From positions 32,766-96,765 of the IMG/VR virus record IMGVR_UViG_3300030330_003269: 64,000 nucleotides of DNA; one strand, given 5' to 3'. Positions 9,805 to 18,980 of this stretch are shown here, in pieces (position 1 is the stretch's first letter; every line of letters begins with the position of its first letter). The notes under the pieces are model-generated. The model saw only the letters and a list, made by a program, of their open reading frames with translations. It was not told where the DNA came from and did no database searches. The translations under genes were made by a program, and so were the position numbers. Source of the stretch: a virus. Taxonomy: Duplodnaviria; Caudoviricetes.

Positions 9805-10332
9805 TTAGCGGTATCTATTTGGTGGTCTTAAGACCGTTCCACCTTCTCCTTGAAATGGAGAAGTAGAAATAAATTGTTCTAACATACCGATTAATTGACT
9901 CATTCTGGTAGTAAATCTGTTTTGGTCTACTTTACCAGCACGAAGGTCAGCAAGAAGTTTATCCATTTCTTTATTTGTTGCTTCTAAATCAGCCTCAAGG
10001 CTTTCCATTCTTCTTTTGTTAGCCTCTGCATCAAGATAGGGATTGCTTTCTTCTTTCTTGATTAGATGCTTAATAATAATCATAGCCTTTTTGAATTCTG
10101 TCATCTGACCTCCGAGATTATATCCATCTGTGGGTCTATTATCAGGAATCAGATTCTTAGGTGTTTCAGCGGAAGGTCGCTTAATTTTAACGACTTCACT
10201 ATCAGCCTCCATTGGACTTCGGTTATTATCCATTAAAGATTGATAAAGAAGTTCTTTTGCTTCTCTTGCTTTCTCAATCACCATAGATACAATTCTTTCT
10301 TCTCTAGTTACTCTTTGAGGCATATTAATCAC
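9805..10332 (-). CDS. hypothetical protein
   Basis: 175-aa ORF in head operon. Confidence 0.7.
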   Translation of the reverse strand: MINMPQRVTREERIVSMVIEKAREAKELLYQSLMDNNRSPMEADSEVVKIKRPSAETPKNLIPDNRPTDGYNLGGQMTEFKKAMIIIKHLIKKEESNPYLDAEANKRRMESLEADLEATNKEMDKLLADLRAGKVDQNRFTTRMSQLIGMLEQFISTSPFQGEGGTVLRPPNRYR

Positions 10333-10574
10333 TCCATTCCTTTGACCATCTTATGAATGTCAGACCACTCCATGTCTCCGACATTCTTCCCTAATACGGA
10401 ATCTCCACCAATAACAGATTCCATAACAGGTGTTGGACTATTTGATACAACAAAACCTGCTTTCATAAGCAGACTGTCTTTAGCATAAATTGTTTTTTCT
10501 AATGCTTCAACCTTTGCAGTTAAAGCCTTGATAATTTCAAGCATATCTTCATTAATTGAATTTTCTTCACTCAT
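10329..10574 (-). CDS. small scaffold-like protein
   Basis: N-terminal coiled coil; C-terminus MEWSDIHKM matches scaffold end MDWSEIHKM. Confidence 0.7.
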   Translation of the reverse strand: MSEENSINEDMLEIIKALTAKVEALEKTIYAKDSLLMKAGFVVSNSPTPVMESVIGGDSVLGKNVGDMEWSDIHKMVKGME

Positions 10575-10936
10575 TTCTTTTCCTCCTTTTTTCCAGTAGG
10601 ATAAACCAAATCTCTCAATTGACGGTAGAGTAATTCATACTCCTTACGAAGTTTCGTAGCGGTGGCGACTATATCAATATTCCTTTCATCCATTGACTTC
10701 ATTTTCTTATTTAACTTCTTATCTGATTTAATTAATTCTAATTCTCTAAGAGTCTCAATAAGTTCACCTAATTTAGTGAAGTCTTGACCAAAAAATTCTG
10801 TTGGTTCTGCCGCTTGAAGAGTTTTCTTCAATCTTTTTCTGCCTTTGGCATCTAAAGAATCAAGAAGTTCTTTTGGCTCTTGTTTCTCAGCCTTTAAGAT
10901 AAAGCCTTCTCCATCTCCATAGTAGTCCCATGTCAT
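10571..10936 (-). CDS. hypothetical protein
   Basis: 121 aa, ATGA-coupled; N-terminal FILKA. Confidence 0.7.
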   Translation of the reverse strand: MTWDYYGDGEGFILKAEKQEPKELLDSLDAKGRKRLKKTLQAAEPTEFFGQDFTKLGELIETLRELELIKSDKKLNKKMKSMDERNIDIVATATKLRKEYELLYRQLRDLVYPTGKKEEKK

Positions 10937-12948
10937 TCTTCATCACCTTCTGGTTGTCTTTTACTGGGTTTAAACTTAAATCTACCCGAACCTTCTCTTG
11001 CTCTTTGTTCTTCTTTGGTTTCAAAGGCTCTCTCTGGTCTTGGTTTTGGCTTTTCACTACCTCTATCTAATTGAGCAAACTCTTCTCCTGCTTCATTAAC
11101 AATTTCTTGTAATTCATTTCTTAAGGTGATATATTCATCTCTTAAATTAGTGAATTCTTCAACATCAGTAAAGCCTAATTCTTCATATCTATCATCAATG
11201 GAGAAGGCTTCTTCAATTTGAAGCCCATCTTTTAAAATTTCTTCGGTTGCTTCTTTGAGGCCCTTTTCATATCCATTAAAGTCTTTAAGTAATTTTTTGC
11301 TGAGTTTAGTTAATTTGTCTAGTTTATTATTTCCTTTAATAAGAATATTTATGGAACTCTTTCCTAATGGGATTAGTTCGCCCTCGCTATCAGTTAATCT
11401 TTTCATAAGACTTCCGTAATCTTGAACTAAGTCTTTAATTGACATTTCAGTAGTGGTTTCTCCATATCCTAATTGATTTAAATTTTTCATAACTTCATTA
11501 ACCTTGGCCTCAGCAGTTTGAATTTCATCATCAATATCTCCTAAAGTATCTTGCGCTACTTTATCTACAAACTCTGCATATTTTTCAACATCTATATCTC
11601 CAGAAAAACGCCCCTCTTCAATACCAATACCAAATGATAACTCAATAGTTTCTTTGAGTTGTCTTTTAAGTCTGCCTTGCATTATTTCTCTTCTAGGTCT
11701 TTGTAGGTTTTCTCTTTGGTTTTCGTCTGCAAGACCTTTTCTGTTTGTAAGCATAACTTTTATTGCTTCTTTGATGGTTTTAACTTTTCTTTTCATCAAA
11801 GCACCAGAATCTTCTTTCATATCACTTAAGTCTTCTATTCTATCTTCAAGGTTTTGTTGGACATCTCTAAATGAACGAATAAATTTTTTCATCTCATCAA
11901 TATTTTTCTTGGCTCTTTTGAATCCTAATTCTGTTTTTGGGTCTTTTCCTTTGCTATAACCCATAAGAGCATCCGAGACTTTTTTTTGTTGTTTGCGGTC
12001 AATAAAGCGAGCGGCATTTCTATTGAATTTAACTCTAAACATTTCATTTAATGCCTTTGATAAAGGAACGGGTTCCCCGCCCTCAACAGGATATTCTCTA
12101 ATATATGATAATAATTCATCTTGTAGTGCAGGAATATCAATAATTTTATTTTTATCTTCAGAATATACATATTCTCCTTTGTCCTTTACCATAGGAACAA
12201 ATTGTTGTCTTAGAGTTTGCGTTAGTCTTTTTTCTCCTGTATCAGTAGTTCCTTCATACAGTTTAAAGTTTCTAAGAACATCCGATAAAGACTTAACTAA
12301 AGCCTTCTTATCGGTTTCTAATTCACCAACAAGAGAAATTAGTTCATTACCTACTTTAATTCCTCTTTCTTTGTTAGGCCCAACAAATCTTTCAAACTCT
12401 CTCGTTCTAATTTGTTCTCCGCTTTTCATATCTAATTTGTCGGTAATTTTCTTCAATGCCGCAGAAAATCCTTGAATTTTTTCAATTTTCTTTTTGGCTT
12501 CTTTATTTTTCTTAAAGGTTTCAGCAAGGGATAATTTTTTCTGTTTTTCTTTTGCTGCGTCCTTTTCGCCTCGTAATTCTGCTTGGCGTTTATCTTCCTG
12601 TTCGGCTAATTCAGAAACACTACTACCTCTATCTCTTCCAGAAACGGCTTCTTCAACATCTTCCAGTTGTGCGCCTTCATCGGTTCGCTGTTCTTCTGTT
12701 CCTCTTGCTCTAACATCTTTTTCGGCTTCAAGTCTTTCTTTTCTTTGTTCTTCGGTTTCTTCTTCTTCGGCCTTTTGAATATATCTTCTATATTGAACAA
12801 TGTTTGAAGAGTTCATATTTTTAACAAGAGACATTTTAATCAAAGTAGCAGAAGAACCTTGATTCACTAACTCTTTTGTTTCTTCATCTAATTCAACGCG
12901 CTTTAGCAATCCTGCCAAAGACTTATCCTTAGATAAATCAAAAATCAT
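10933..12948 (-). CDS. large charged coiled-coil protein (putative internal head protein)
   Basis: 671 aa, E/K-rich and helical, between portal and protease. Confidence 0.7.
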   Translation of the reverse strand: MIFDLSKDKSLAGLLKRVELDEETKELVNQGSSATLIKMSLVKNMNSSNIVQYRRYIQKAEEEETEEQRKERLEAEKDVRARGTEEQRTDEGAQLEDVEEAVSGRDRGSSVSELAEQEDKRQAELRGEKDAAKEKQKKLSLAETFKKNKEAKKKIEKIQGFSAALKKITDKLDMKSGEQIRTREFERFVGPNKERGIKVGNELISLVGELETDKKALVKSLSDVLRNFKLYEGTTDTGEKRLTQTLRQQFVPMVKDKGEYVYSEDKNKIIDIPALQDELLSYIREYPVEGGEPVPLSKALNEMFRVKFNRNAARFIDRKQQKKVSDALMGYSKGKDPKTELGFKRAKKNIDEMKKFIRSFRDVQQNLEDRIEDLSDMKEDSGALMKRKVKTIKEAIKVMLTNRKGLADENQRENLQRPRREIMQGRLKRQLKETIELSFGIGIEEGRFSGDIDVEKYAEFVDKVAQDTLGDIDDEIQTAEAKVNEVMKNLNQLGYGETTTEMSIKDLVQDYGSLMKRLTDSEGELIPLGKSSINILIKGNNKLDKLTKLSKKLLKDFNGYEKGLKEATEEILKDGLQIEEAFSIDDRYEELGFTDVEEFTNLRDEYITLRNELQEIVNEAGEEFAQLDRGSEKPKPRPERAFETKEEQRAREGSGRFKFKPSKRQPEGDEE

Positions 12949-12957
12949 TTATTCACC

Positions 12958-13182
12958 TCAAAAAGGAATATTTTCTTTTCTGTTCTTTTGTTTTGGAGGC
13001 AAGGTGATAACATCAGGAACATCTGCTGAATGCAGTTTCTTTTTAACGCTAGTATCTTGGGGAATACCTACACTAAAATCCTTTGTTGGTTTTAATTTTG
13101 TGTTGGCATTTGCGTTAATCGCCCTTACTTGAGCAAGTTCCTTTGCTAACCTTACTTCCTTTTGTTTCATATCTTCTGTCAT
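12958..13182 (-). CDS. hypothetical protein
   Basis: 74 aa, TAATG-coupled to portal. Confidence 0.65.
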   Translation of the reverse strand: MTEDMKQKEVRLAKELAQVRAINANANTKLKPTKDFSVGIPQDTSVKKKLHSADVPDVITLPPKQKNRKENIPF

Positions 13183-14819
13183 TAACCCACTCTCCTTTCT
13201 GTTCTTCGGTCTGTATTTTGGTTTCCCGCATCAACGGGTAATCCTGTAAGTCTCTTATCTGGCCCTACGCTCATTGAGGCTTTATTTCTTGTGGCTGGCG
13301 GGTTTTCCTGTGGCTTTCCTCCGCCTTGCATGGCCTGTTCCTGCATTTGTCCCAACTGCGAAGCATCAATGTTTGTTCCAGCATAAGGGTCAGTTTTTGC
13401 ATCACCTTCGCCTTCTTGCGGCTTGGGTTCTTGGGGTTCGGGCTTCTTGAAAGTAAATTGTCCATCCTCGTCCATATCAACCTCAAATCCTAAATTCTTC
13501 GTTGATGCTGCAATATTGACTTCAATTTCACGCTTACGAAGAACAGCAATTTCATCTTCTTCTTCACTTGGGGGTAATTTAAGTTTCCAATCAGTAATAC
13601 CAAATTGTTTTACAAGGAATGGGAAAACATAATTATTATACACAGTTTGCGCCTTTTGAACTGCTCTGTTCGTAACTAAAATCTGCATACCTTCATTGTT
13701 TAATCCGCCGCTTGTAGTATTATCAGCCATGAAGACTTTGCTTACACCATAAAAAGCAGAAATTCTATCTCTTAAATCATCTTTGACAGAAACATAGTCC
13801 ATTTCCTTTAGACTATCCATGAACTTAATCCATTCAACTCCACCCTTTCCTCCTTCTGCTTCAATTCCCATAACAGGAATAAAGTGTGGGTCTGCTTCCA
13901 TCTTTTCTTTAACAGACCGCCAAAAGGCTCGCATTGAATCCATATTTCTTGTTTGAACGGCTAAAAGACCTCTCGGCATACGGCTCTTTGTATAAGATGA
14001 ATTGACATAGTTTTCCATAGCAATAAGAGTCATCATAGAATTAAACAAAGTAATGACAGGCGATTGACCATAAAGACGAGAAGGACTATATTTACTAAAA
14101 TGCAATACCTCTCCCTTCAAAAAGTATTGGTCTGTTCCATTTGCTCTATTAACATAATGAACAGGATAAACAGCACCACCACAAGTCCCACAACGCTCAT
14201 GTGGTTCAGTAGTGATAAAATCTCTATGATTAACACAGGTGAATCCCTTAGTTCCTCTTTGACCTAATTCATCAGAATAAATAAACATAGTTACTGGGTC
14301 GCCACGATAAAGTTCTTTAATGCGATGCATTCTAATTTTTTGATTACCGTCAATAAAATATTCTTTAACAAGGACAATATAAGCATCATCCATAATATTC
14401 AAATCGTCTTCTAATTCTTGAAGAACATCAATAAATAACTGCTCTGACTTATTAACATATCCTTCAATAAATTTTTCAGCATATTCTAATTGTTTTGCAT
14501 CGGGAATATCTAATTCCAAATGACCACAACGAGCGCATTCTTGAACAGGTCTTTGATGTTCTTTACCGCAGTTCTTACATTTTGCTTCGTATGCCTTTTC
14601 CCAGACATATCCTCTTCGGAAAACTTCTTGCTTTAATTGAGTAATGCAAGTTCTCCCAATAACTGATTGATTAATGATGTTATACAACAAAGGGCCAGTC
14701 ATCATATGACGATTTTCTCTTTCTTGAATACCCATGTTATATACGGTTCTATCCGCAGGTTTGGGAGTTTGTCTCCTAAACAGGTTTGTAAAACTGAATC
14801 TTCTTTTTTCATCAGCCAT
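13182..14819 (-). CDS. portal protein with Zn-ribbon insertions
   Basis: Position; portal-like LHFSKYSPSRLYGQSP, PRGLL, ISAFYGVSKVFM; CKNC/CARC and CVNH/CGTC. Confidence 0.85.
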   Translation of the reverse strand: MADEKRRFSFTNLFRRQTPKPADRTVYNMGIQERENRHMMTGPLLYNIINQSVIGRTCITQLKQEVFRRGYVWEKAYEAKCKNCGKEHQRPVQECARCGHLELDIPDAKQLEYAEKFIEGYVNKSEQLFIDVLQELEDDLNIMDDAYIVLVKEYFIDGNQKIRMHRIKELYRGDPVTMFIYSDELGQRGTKGFTCVNHRDFITTEPHERCGTCGGAVYPVHYVNRANGTDQYFLKGEVLHFSKYSPSRLYGQSPVITLFNSMMTLIAMENYVNSSYTKSRMPRGLLAVQTRNMDSMRAFWRSVKEKMEADPHFIPVMGIEAEGGKGGVEWIKFMDSLKEMDYVSVKDDLRDRISAFYGVSKVFMADNTTSGGLNNEGMQILVTNRAVQKAQTVYNNYVFPFLVKQFGITDWKLKLPPSEEEDEIAVLRKREIEVNIAASTKNLGFEVDMDEDGQFTFKKPEPQEPKPQEGEGDAKTDPYAGTNIDASQLGQMQEQAMQGGGKPQENPPATRNKASMSVGPDKRLTGLPVDAGNQNTDRRTERRVG

Positions 14820-14872
14820 AGATTACACCCCCTGTTTCATTCCTACGGTTCGCTTACCTATCAACGCTTCGG

Positions 14873-15106
14873 TCAAGGGCTTCCGCTATCTTCAATATCA
14901 TACCTTGCATTACTTGAACGAAGCATTTCTTCTAAGATGCCTCTTACTGCTTGAACTCTCCTTTCAGGAGAAGCCTTCCCAATGTCTAAATAATACTTAA
15001 CCATTCTTTTATTAATATCAGCAAGATTACTAAATTTAACATATTTTGTTCTATCTCTTGGCAAAACATCGGTGAGGATGCCTTTAGTAAAATCTTTCCA
15101 TTTCAT
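14873..15106 (-). CDS. hypothetical protein
   Basis: 77 aa, ATGA-coupled; starts MKWKDFTK. Confidence 0.55.
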   Translation of the reverse strand: MKWKDFTKGILTDVLPRDRTKYVKFSNLADINKRMVKYYLDIGKASPERRVQAVRGILEEMLRSSNARYDIEDSGSP

Positions 15107-15444
15107 TTGCTCATCCTCTCCGTTTTTCTTTTGCTGGATTTTTTTCTAGCCAATGCTACCTTATGTGCAGCATTTAATCTTCTTTTTGTTTCGGGGTCTT
15201 TTGCTCTTTTAGCCGCTACTCTTGCTCTTTGTTCAACTAAATTAATAATTTGAGATTGTCTCTTATGTGGCTTTGATTTGAATGATGAACTTGAAAATGT
15301 TTCTCTTACATCTTTTGCTGTTTTAAACTTGACAGGAACAGTATCTTTTGGATTTTCATCTGTATATAATCTTCTTGCTGAACCTTTGGGCTTCTTTCCC
15401 GTTCCTTTTTTTGGGTCTTTCTTTAAAACATTAATCCAATTCAA
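15103..15444 (-). CDS. small basic protein with WxxVLK leader
   Basis: MNWINVLKK then DPKKGTGKKPKGSARRLYTDENPKDTV. Confidence 0.8.
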   Translation of the reverse strand: MNWINVLKKDPKKGTGKKPKGSARRLYTDENPKDTVPVKFKTAKDVRETFSSSSFKSKPHKRQSQIINLVEQRARVAAKRAKDPETKRRLNAAHKVALARKKSSKRKTERMSK

Positions 15445-15707
15445 GGTGAACCCTTCCTTCGTTTATATGTTTTACAAGCAGCACAAGTTGGCCTACATCT
15501 TCTTTTTGTTCCTTTAGAAGCATCTTTTCTTCCACATGGTTTAGGGCCGCCTTTTTGATTACAGGTTCCGCAAGCAATCCATCCTCCTTGCGTTTTCCCT
15601 CCTTTAGATTCTTTTCCCCCTCTTCTTGAGAACCAACCGTGAAGTCCTTCACTTTTTTCTCTTTTAAAATTGTCTCCTTTCTTTTGGAGGATTTCTTCCC
15701 AAGACAC
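15441..15707 (-). CDS. small basic Cys-rich protein with WxxIL leader
   Basis: GTG start behind GTGAT; SWEEILQK; CGTC, KPCGR, CRPTCAAC. Confidence 0.75.
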   Translation of the reverse strand: MSWEEILQKKGDNFKREKSEGLHGWFSRRGGKESKGGKTQGGWIACGTCNQKGGPKPCGRKDASKGTKRRCRPTCAACKTYKRRKGSP

Positions 15708-15712
15708 AATAA

Positions 15713-16069
15713 TCACTTCTTTTTAGATTTGTTTCCCCAATTCTTTGCGCCTACTTTACGACAACGGACTAAAGCACCCGAAGCATAAGCAGAAGGCCAT
15801 TTCTTATAACGACTACGAACTTTGTGATAACAAGCGTCTTTTTCTTTCTTTAATTCTTCAAACCAAAGGCCTTTACGAATTTCTGCCTTTCCTGTGGCTA
15901 GTTTTTTCTTGCCGCCCGCTTTTCTTGCTCTATTCATTTCTTTCGCCGCCTTCTTTGCCTTTTCTTTTGTTGAGAAACCACCATGTTTTTTACCATCAAA
16001 AAAGAAATGATATTCATTACCTGTTGAATAGACCTTCACTTCCTTCTCAATTTTCATTAACAATTCCAC
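15713..16069 (-). CDS. small basic protein with internal WFEELKK motif
   Basis: C-terminal KDACYHKVRSRYKKWPSAYASGALVRCRK domain. Confidence 0.7.
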   Translation of the reverse strand: MELLMKIEKEVKVYSTGNEYHFFFDGKKHGGFSTKEKAKKAAKEMNRARKAGGKKKLATGKAEIRKGLWFEELKKEKDACYHKVRSRYKKWPSAYASGALVRCRKVGAKNWGNKSKKK

Positions 16070-16347
16070 CTTCTTCTTGCGGCCTTTGCTTTCTCGCTGT
16101 AAGTTCCATCTGCTCTCTTAAATCCTCTTGACCTTGCACAAAAAGATTTACGCCTCTTTGCTGCTTTACCGCCAGGTTTTAATTTACTTGGTTTTTTAGT
16201 TACTGGGCGCTTTAAATTAGCACCAGTTTCTCTTTTGAACTTAGCACGACCTTTCGCACTTAGTCCACCTGTTCTTGCGTGAATTTTTTTGTTATATCCT
16301 TTAAAAGGTTTTTTCTTCTTTTTAAGAATTTCTTGCCATTCATTCAT
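16057..16347 (-). CDS. small basic protein with WxxILK leader
   Basis: MNEWQEILKK; GGLSAKGRAKF...RRKSFCARS...RRWNC. Confidence 0.8.
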   Translation of the reverse strand: MNEWQEILKKKKKPFKGYNKKIHARTGGLSAKGRAKFKRETGANLKRPVTKKPSKLKPGGKAAKRRKSFCARSRGFKRADGTYSEKAKAARRRWNC

Positions 16348-16351
16348 AATA

Positions 16352-16663
16352 TCACTCTCTAATTCTTTCATAAAACCCAGTATTTTTATTTCTTTTATGA
16401 TAACCTAATTTATTAATTTTTTGACCAATAGTTTCTTTATTCACCCTTGCTTTAGCGTGTTTTGTTGCGTAATTAGTTCTAGTCATATGTCCTCCCTCAA
16501 CCAAGAGAGAAGCATATTCTCTAACTACTTCTTCAGCAATTAGAGGAAGTTTGAATGTTTTTCTGTCCTTTGTAACATTTTCAACCGCTTGAGTAAATAC
16601 AGGGTGATTTATTTTTTTTGCTGCGCCACGGGTGGCTTTAAGAATATTTTTCCACTCAATCAT
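16352..16663 (-). CDS. WxxILK-leader basic protein
   Basis: MIEWKNILKA behind GGTGA; resembles the C-terminal domain of the GNAT gene. Confidence 0.75.
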   Translation of the reverse strand: MIEWKNILKATRGAAKKINHPVFTQAVENVTKDRKTFKLPLIAEEVVREYASLLVEGGHMTRTNYATKHAKARVNKETIGQKINKLGYHKRNKNTGFYERIRE

Positions 16664-17246
16664 ATTTATCACCTATCATATAGCCTAATTTTTTTCCTGC
16701 TTGAATATCACTTGGATAATGACTTCCCATTTGCATTCTTGATAAAGAAATTCTATCTGCCATTTCTTTGAGTTCTTTCTTTTTGTTTGGATATTTTTTC
16801 CCTAATACTTTTTCTAAACCATGAGCCAACATTGAGTGTCCACTTGGAAATGCAGGGGTATCGTCTGTTTTTGTTTTAGTTGTTTTAATTTTATCAGATA
16901 TTTCATGTGGTCTTGGTCTTTGATATTTCATTTTTAAAGAGATAGCATAATAATTAATATCTTTCATAAAATCTTCGTAATCTTTTCTATCAGCATCAAC
17001 TATTTTGAGCATTTCTATTTCAGGTTTTAAATCAGAATCTTTCATTTGTTTTGGTGTTAGTTGTTTTTTTCTCATTACTGCTAAAATTTTAGGAATCTCA
17101 GTTTCTTCTTTTGGATAACTCATTTTTGGAATATCTATTTTTATTTTTGGGCTTCTCTCTAAGATTTTACTTTTTTTTCTTGAAAGAGTTCCACCCCAAG
17201 TTCTTTTTTTAAGAACAGAAAACCAACTTAATATGGTTTTGTCCAT
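16656..17246 (-). CDS. PAP2-superfamily phosphatase / haloperoxidase-like protein
   Basis: KMKYQRPRP, FPSGH, SRMQMGSHYPSD signature motifs; SWFSVLKK leader. Confidence 0.88.
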   Translation of the reverse strand: MDKTILSWFSVLKKRTWGGTLSRKKSKILERSPKIKIDIPKMSYPKEETEIPKILAVMRKKQLTPKQMKDSDLKPEIEMLKIVDADRKDYEDFMKDINYYAISLKMKYQRPRPHEISDKIKTTKTKTDDTPAFPSGHSMLAHGLEKVLGKKYPNKKKELKEMADRISLSRMQMGSHYPSDIQAGKKLGYMIGDKYD

Positions 17247-17392
17247 AACATCGCTTCCTCAATTTTACAAGTCAAACATCTTTTTGAAATAATTTCTGTT
17301 TTACATCTTCTACAAACAGTAGCATATCTAATTCTTTTTGGTAGTTTTGTTCTTACTTTATGCTTAAATACATCATAATGTTTACGAGGCAT
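17228..17392 (-). CDS. 54-aa zinc-finger protein (not in ORF track)
   Basis: MPRKHYDVFK...CRRC...CLTC...WTKPY behind GTGATAAT. Confidence 0.65.
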   Translation of the reverse strand: MPRKHYDVFKHKVRTKLPKRIRYATVCRRCKTEIISKRCLTCKIEEAMLWTKPY

Positions 17393-17396
17393 ATTA

Positions 17397-18971
17397 TCAC
17401 TCTATATTGTAGTCAAAACTAAAAACCAAACTTTTATATTTATCCTCTAAATAATCTTGAATAACATCATAGTTTTGCGACCAAGAGTTTTGCTCTTCAT
17501 CAATAGGAATTCCTTGACTTTGTAGGCTTTCTAAAGATACGGTGAAATCTTCTTTCATAGTTTCTTCTTTATCATCAAGACGAATATTTTTAATTTTAAC
17601 CTGCCTTGACTTAATAATTGTTCCAACCTGCTCAAGAGAATCCATTACAGAAATCTTACAATTATCCTTATACTTTTGAATATCGTCAAGGACGATGCCC
17701 TCCTTAGCCCAGTCAAAGCCCACATGGTCTTTATGGTTTTCCCACTTCATAAGTTTGAAGATTTCATCGCAACGGTCTTTATACCAATCGGCTTTCTTAT
17801 ATGATTTCTTCATGCGAATTAATTCTAGTAATAGTTCAGCATTTCCTTTCTTTAATCTAAAGTGGGGAAGACACTTTGTTAAAAGATTAGATACATCATC
17901 TTGAGAATAAAAGTTCAATCTATTAATAAGCCGAGTATCTTGCGGTGATTTCTGGTCTAAGTGCATACGACCAAAACCGATTGATTTATGCATTTCTTGC
18001 ATAAAAGCCTTACCTCTTTCACCTGTTGCGACTAATCCTACTCTTGGATTCATATTGCGGTCAAGAGTAATATAGCCATCAGAATCAATAAATGCAGCAG
18101 TATAAGCCCAAATATTTTTCTTAATCATAGATGGAACTTTATAGTATTTACCACCAACCGATGAAATGTCTAATTTCTTTACCATCTTTGAAATAGAATT
18201 AGCACTTGAAATTTTTGCTAATGATGTAGGCATTCTTTCATGAATAACTTGAGCACTAATTCCTGGATTTTCACAAACAGTTTTAAGAATAAAATCTTCC
18301 TGTCTTTCTTTCTTTGATTTAGTTAATGACTGTTGGGTGATTTTTGATAAGGCTTCTCTAAATTGTCTCTTTGCTAATTTCATTTCTTTTGAGAGTTCAC
18401 TATATTCCTTTGAGTAAGCCATTCCGTTCTGTTCTAATTCAGCCTCCCAATATTTACAAAGAGAATCAACAACTTCCCTTCTTTCATCAATGGTTTTCAT
18501 TTTGTATAGTTTATGTAAATCTTTTTCATTATATCTCATTTTTTTAAGAGGGGCCGTGTATTCCGATAGCCATGTAATTGAATCAATGCACTTATTTAGA
18601 TGGTCAGTATAAGCATCAATCATAGTATCAATTGCTTTTGACATTTTGTCTCGTTGTTCTCCTTTTAGTTTTCTTCTTGACATTCTCATCTTTTTAATCA
18701 AGTCAGGAATGCTTTTATCTTGAATAACATAGGTATCTGGAAAAACAGGAATATGCTTCTTAGCATCAGTAGCGTTTAGATTGTAAGTTGTTGAAATTTT
18801 ATTAATCTCATCATACTCTGACATAACATGAGAACCGTTAAAGAAAGACTTGATTTCAATATCAAGTTCTGTTTCTATGTTATCTTTCATTTCTTCTTCT
18901 TCTTCATCTAAATCGGCCAAACGGTTCATTTGTTCAGCCGCTTGTCGGTATTTATCTGCCTGTTCTGTCAT
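17397..18971 (-). CDS. multidomain protein: helical region, winged helix and LAGLIDADG-like domain
   Basis: YTAAFIDSDGYI; wHTH-like ILKTVCENPGISAQVIHERM. Confidence 0.8.
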   Translation of the reverse strand: MTEQADKYRQAAEQMNRLADLDEEEEEMKDNIETELDIEIKSFFNGSHVMSEYDEINKISTTYNLNATDAKKHIPVFPDTYVIQDKSIPDLIKKMRMSRRKLKGEQRDKMSKAIDTMIDAYTDHLNKCIDSITWLSEYTAPLKKMRYNEKDLHKLYKMKTIDERREVVDSLCKYWEAELEQNGMAYSKEYSELSKEMKLAKRQFREALSKITQQSLTKSKKERQEDFILKTVCENPGISAQVIHERMPTSLAKISSANSISKMVKKLDISSVGGKYYKVPSMIKKNIWAYTAAFIDSDGYITLDRNMNPRVGLVATGERGKAFMQEMHKSIGFGRMHLDQKSPQDTRLINRLNFYSQDDVSNLLTKCLPHFRLKKGNAELLLELIRMKKSYKKADWYKDRCDEIFKLMKWENHKDHVGFDWAKEGIVLDDIQKYKDNCKISVMDSLEQVGTIIKSRQVKIKNIRLDDKEETMKEDFTVSLESLQSQGIPIDEEQNSWSQNYDVIQDYLEDKYKSLVFSFDYNIE

Positions 18972-18980
18972 ATAAATACC

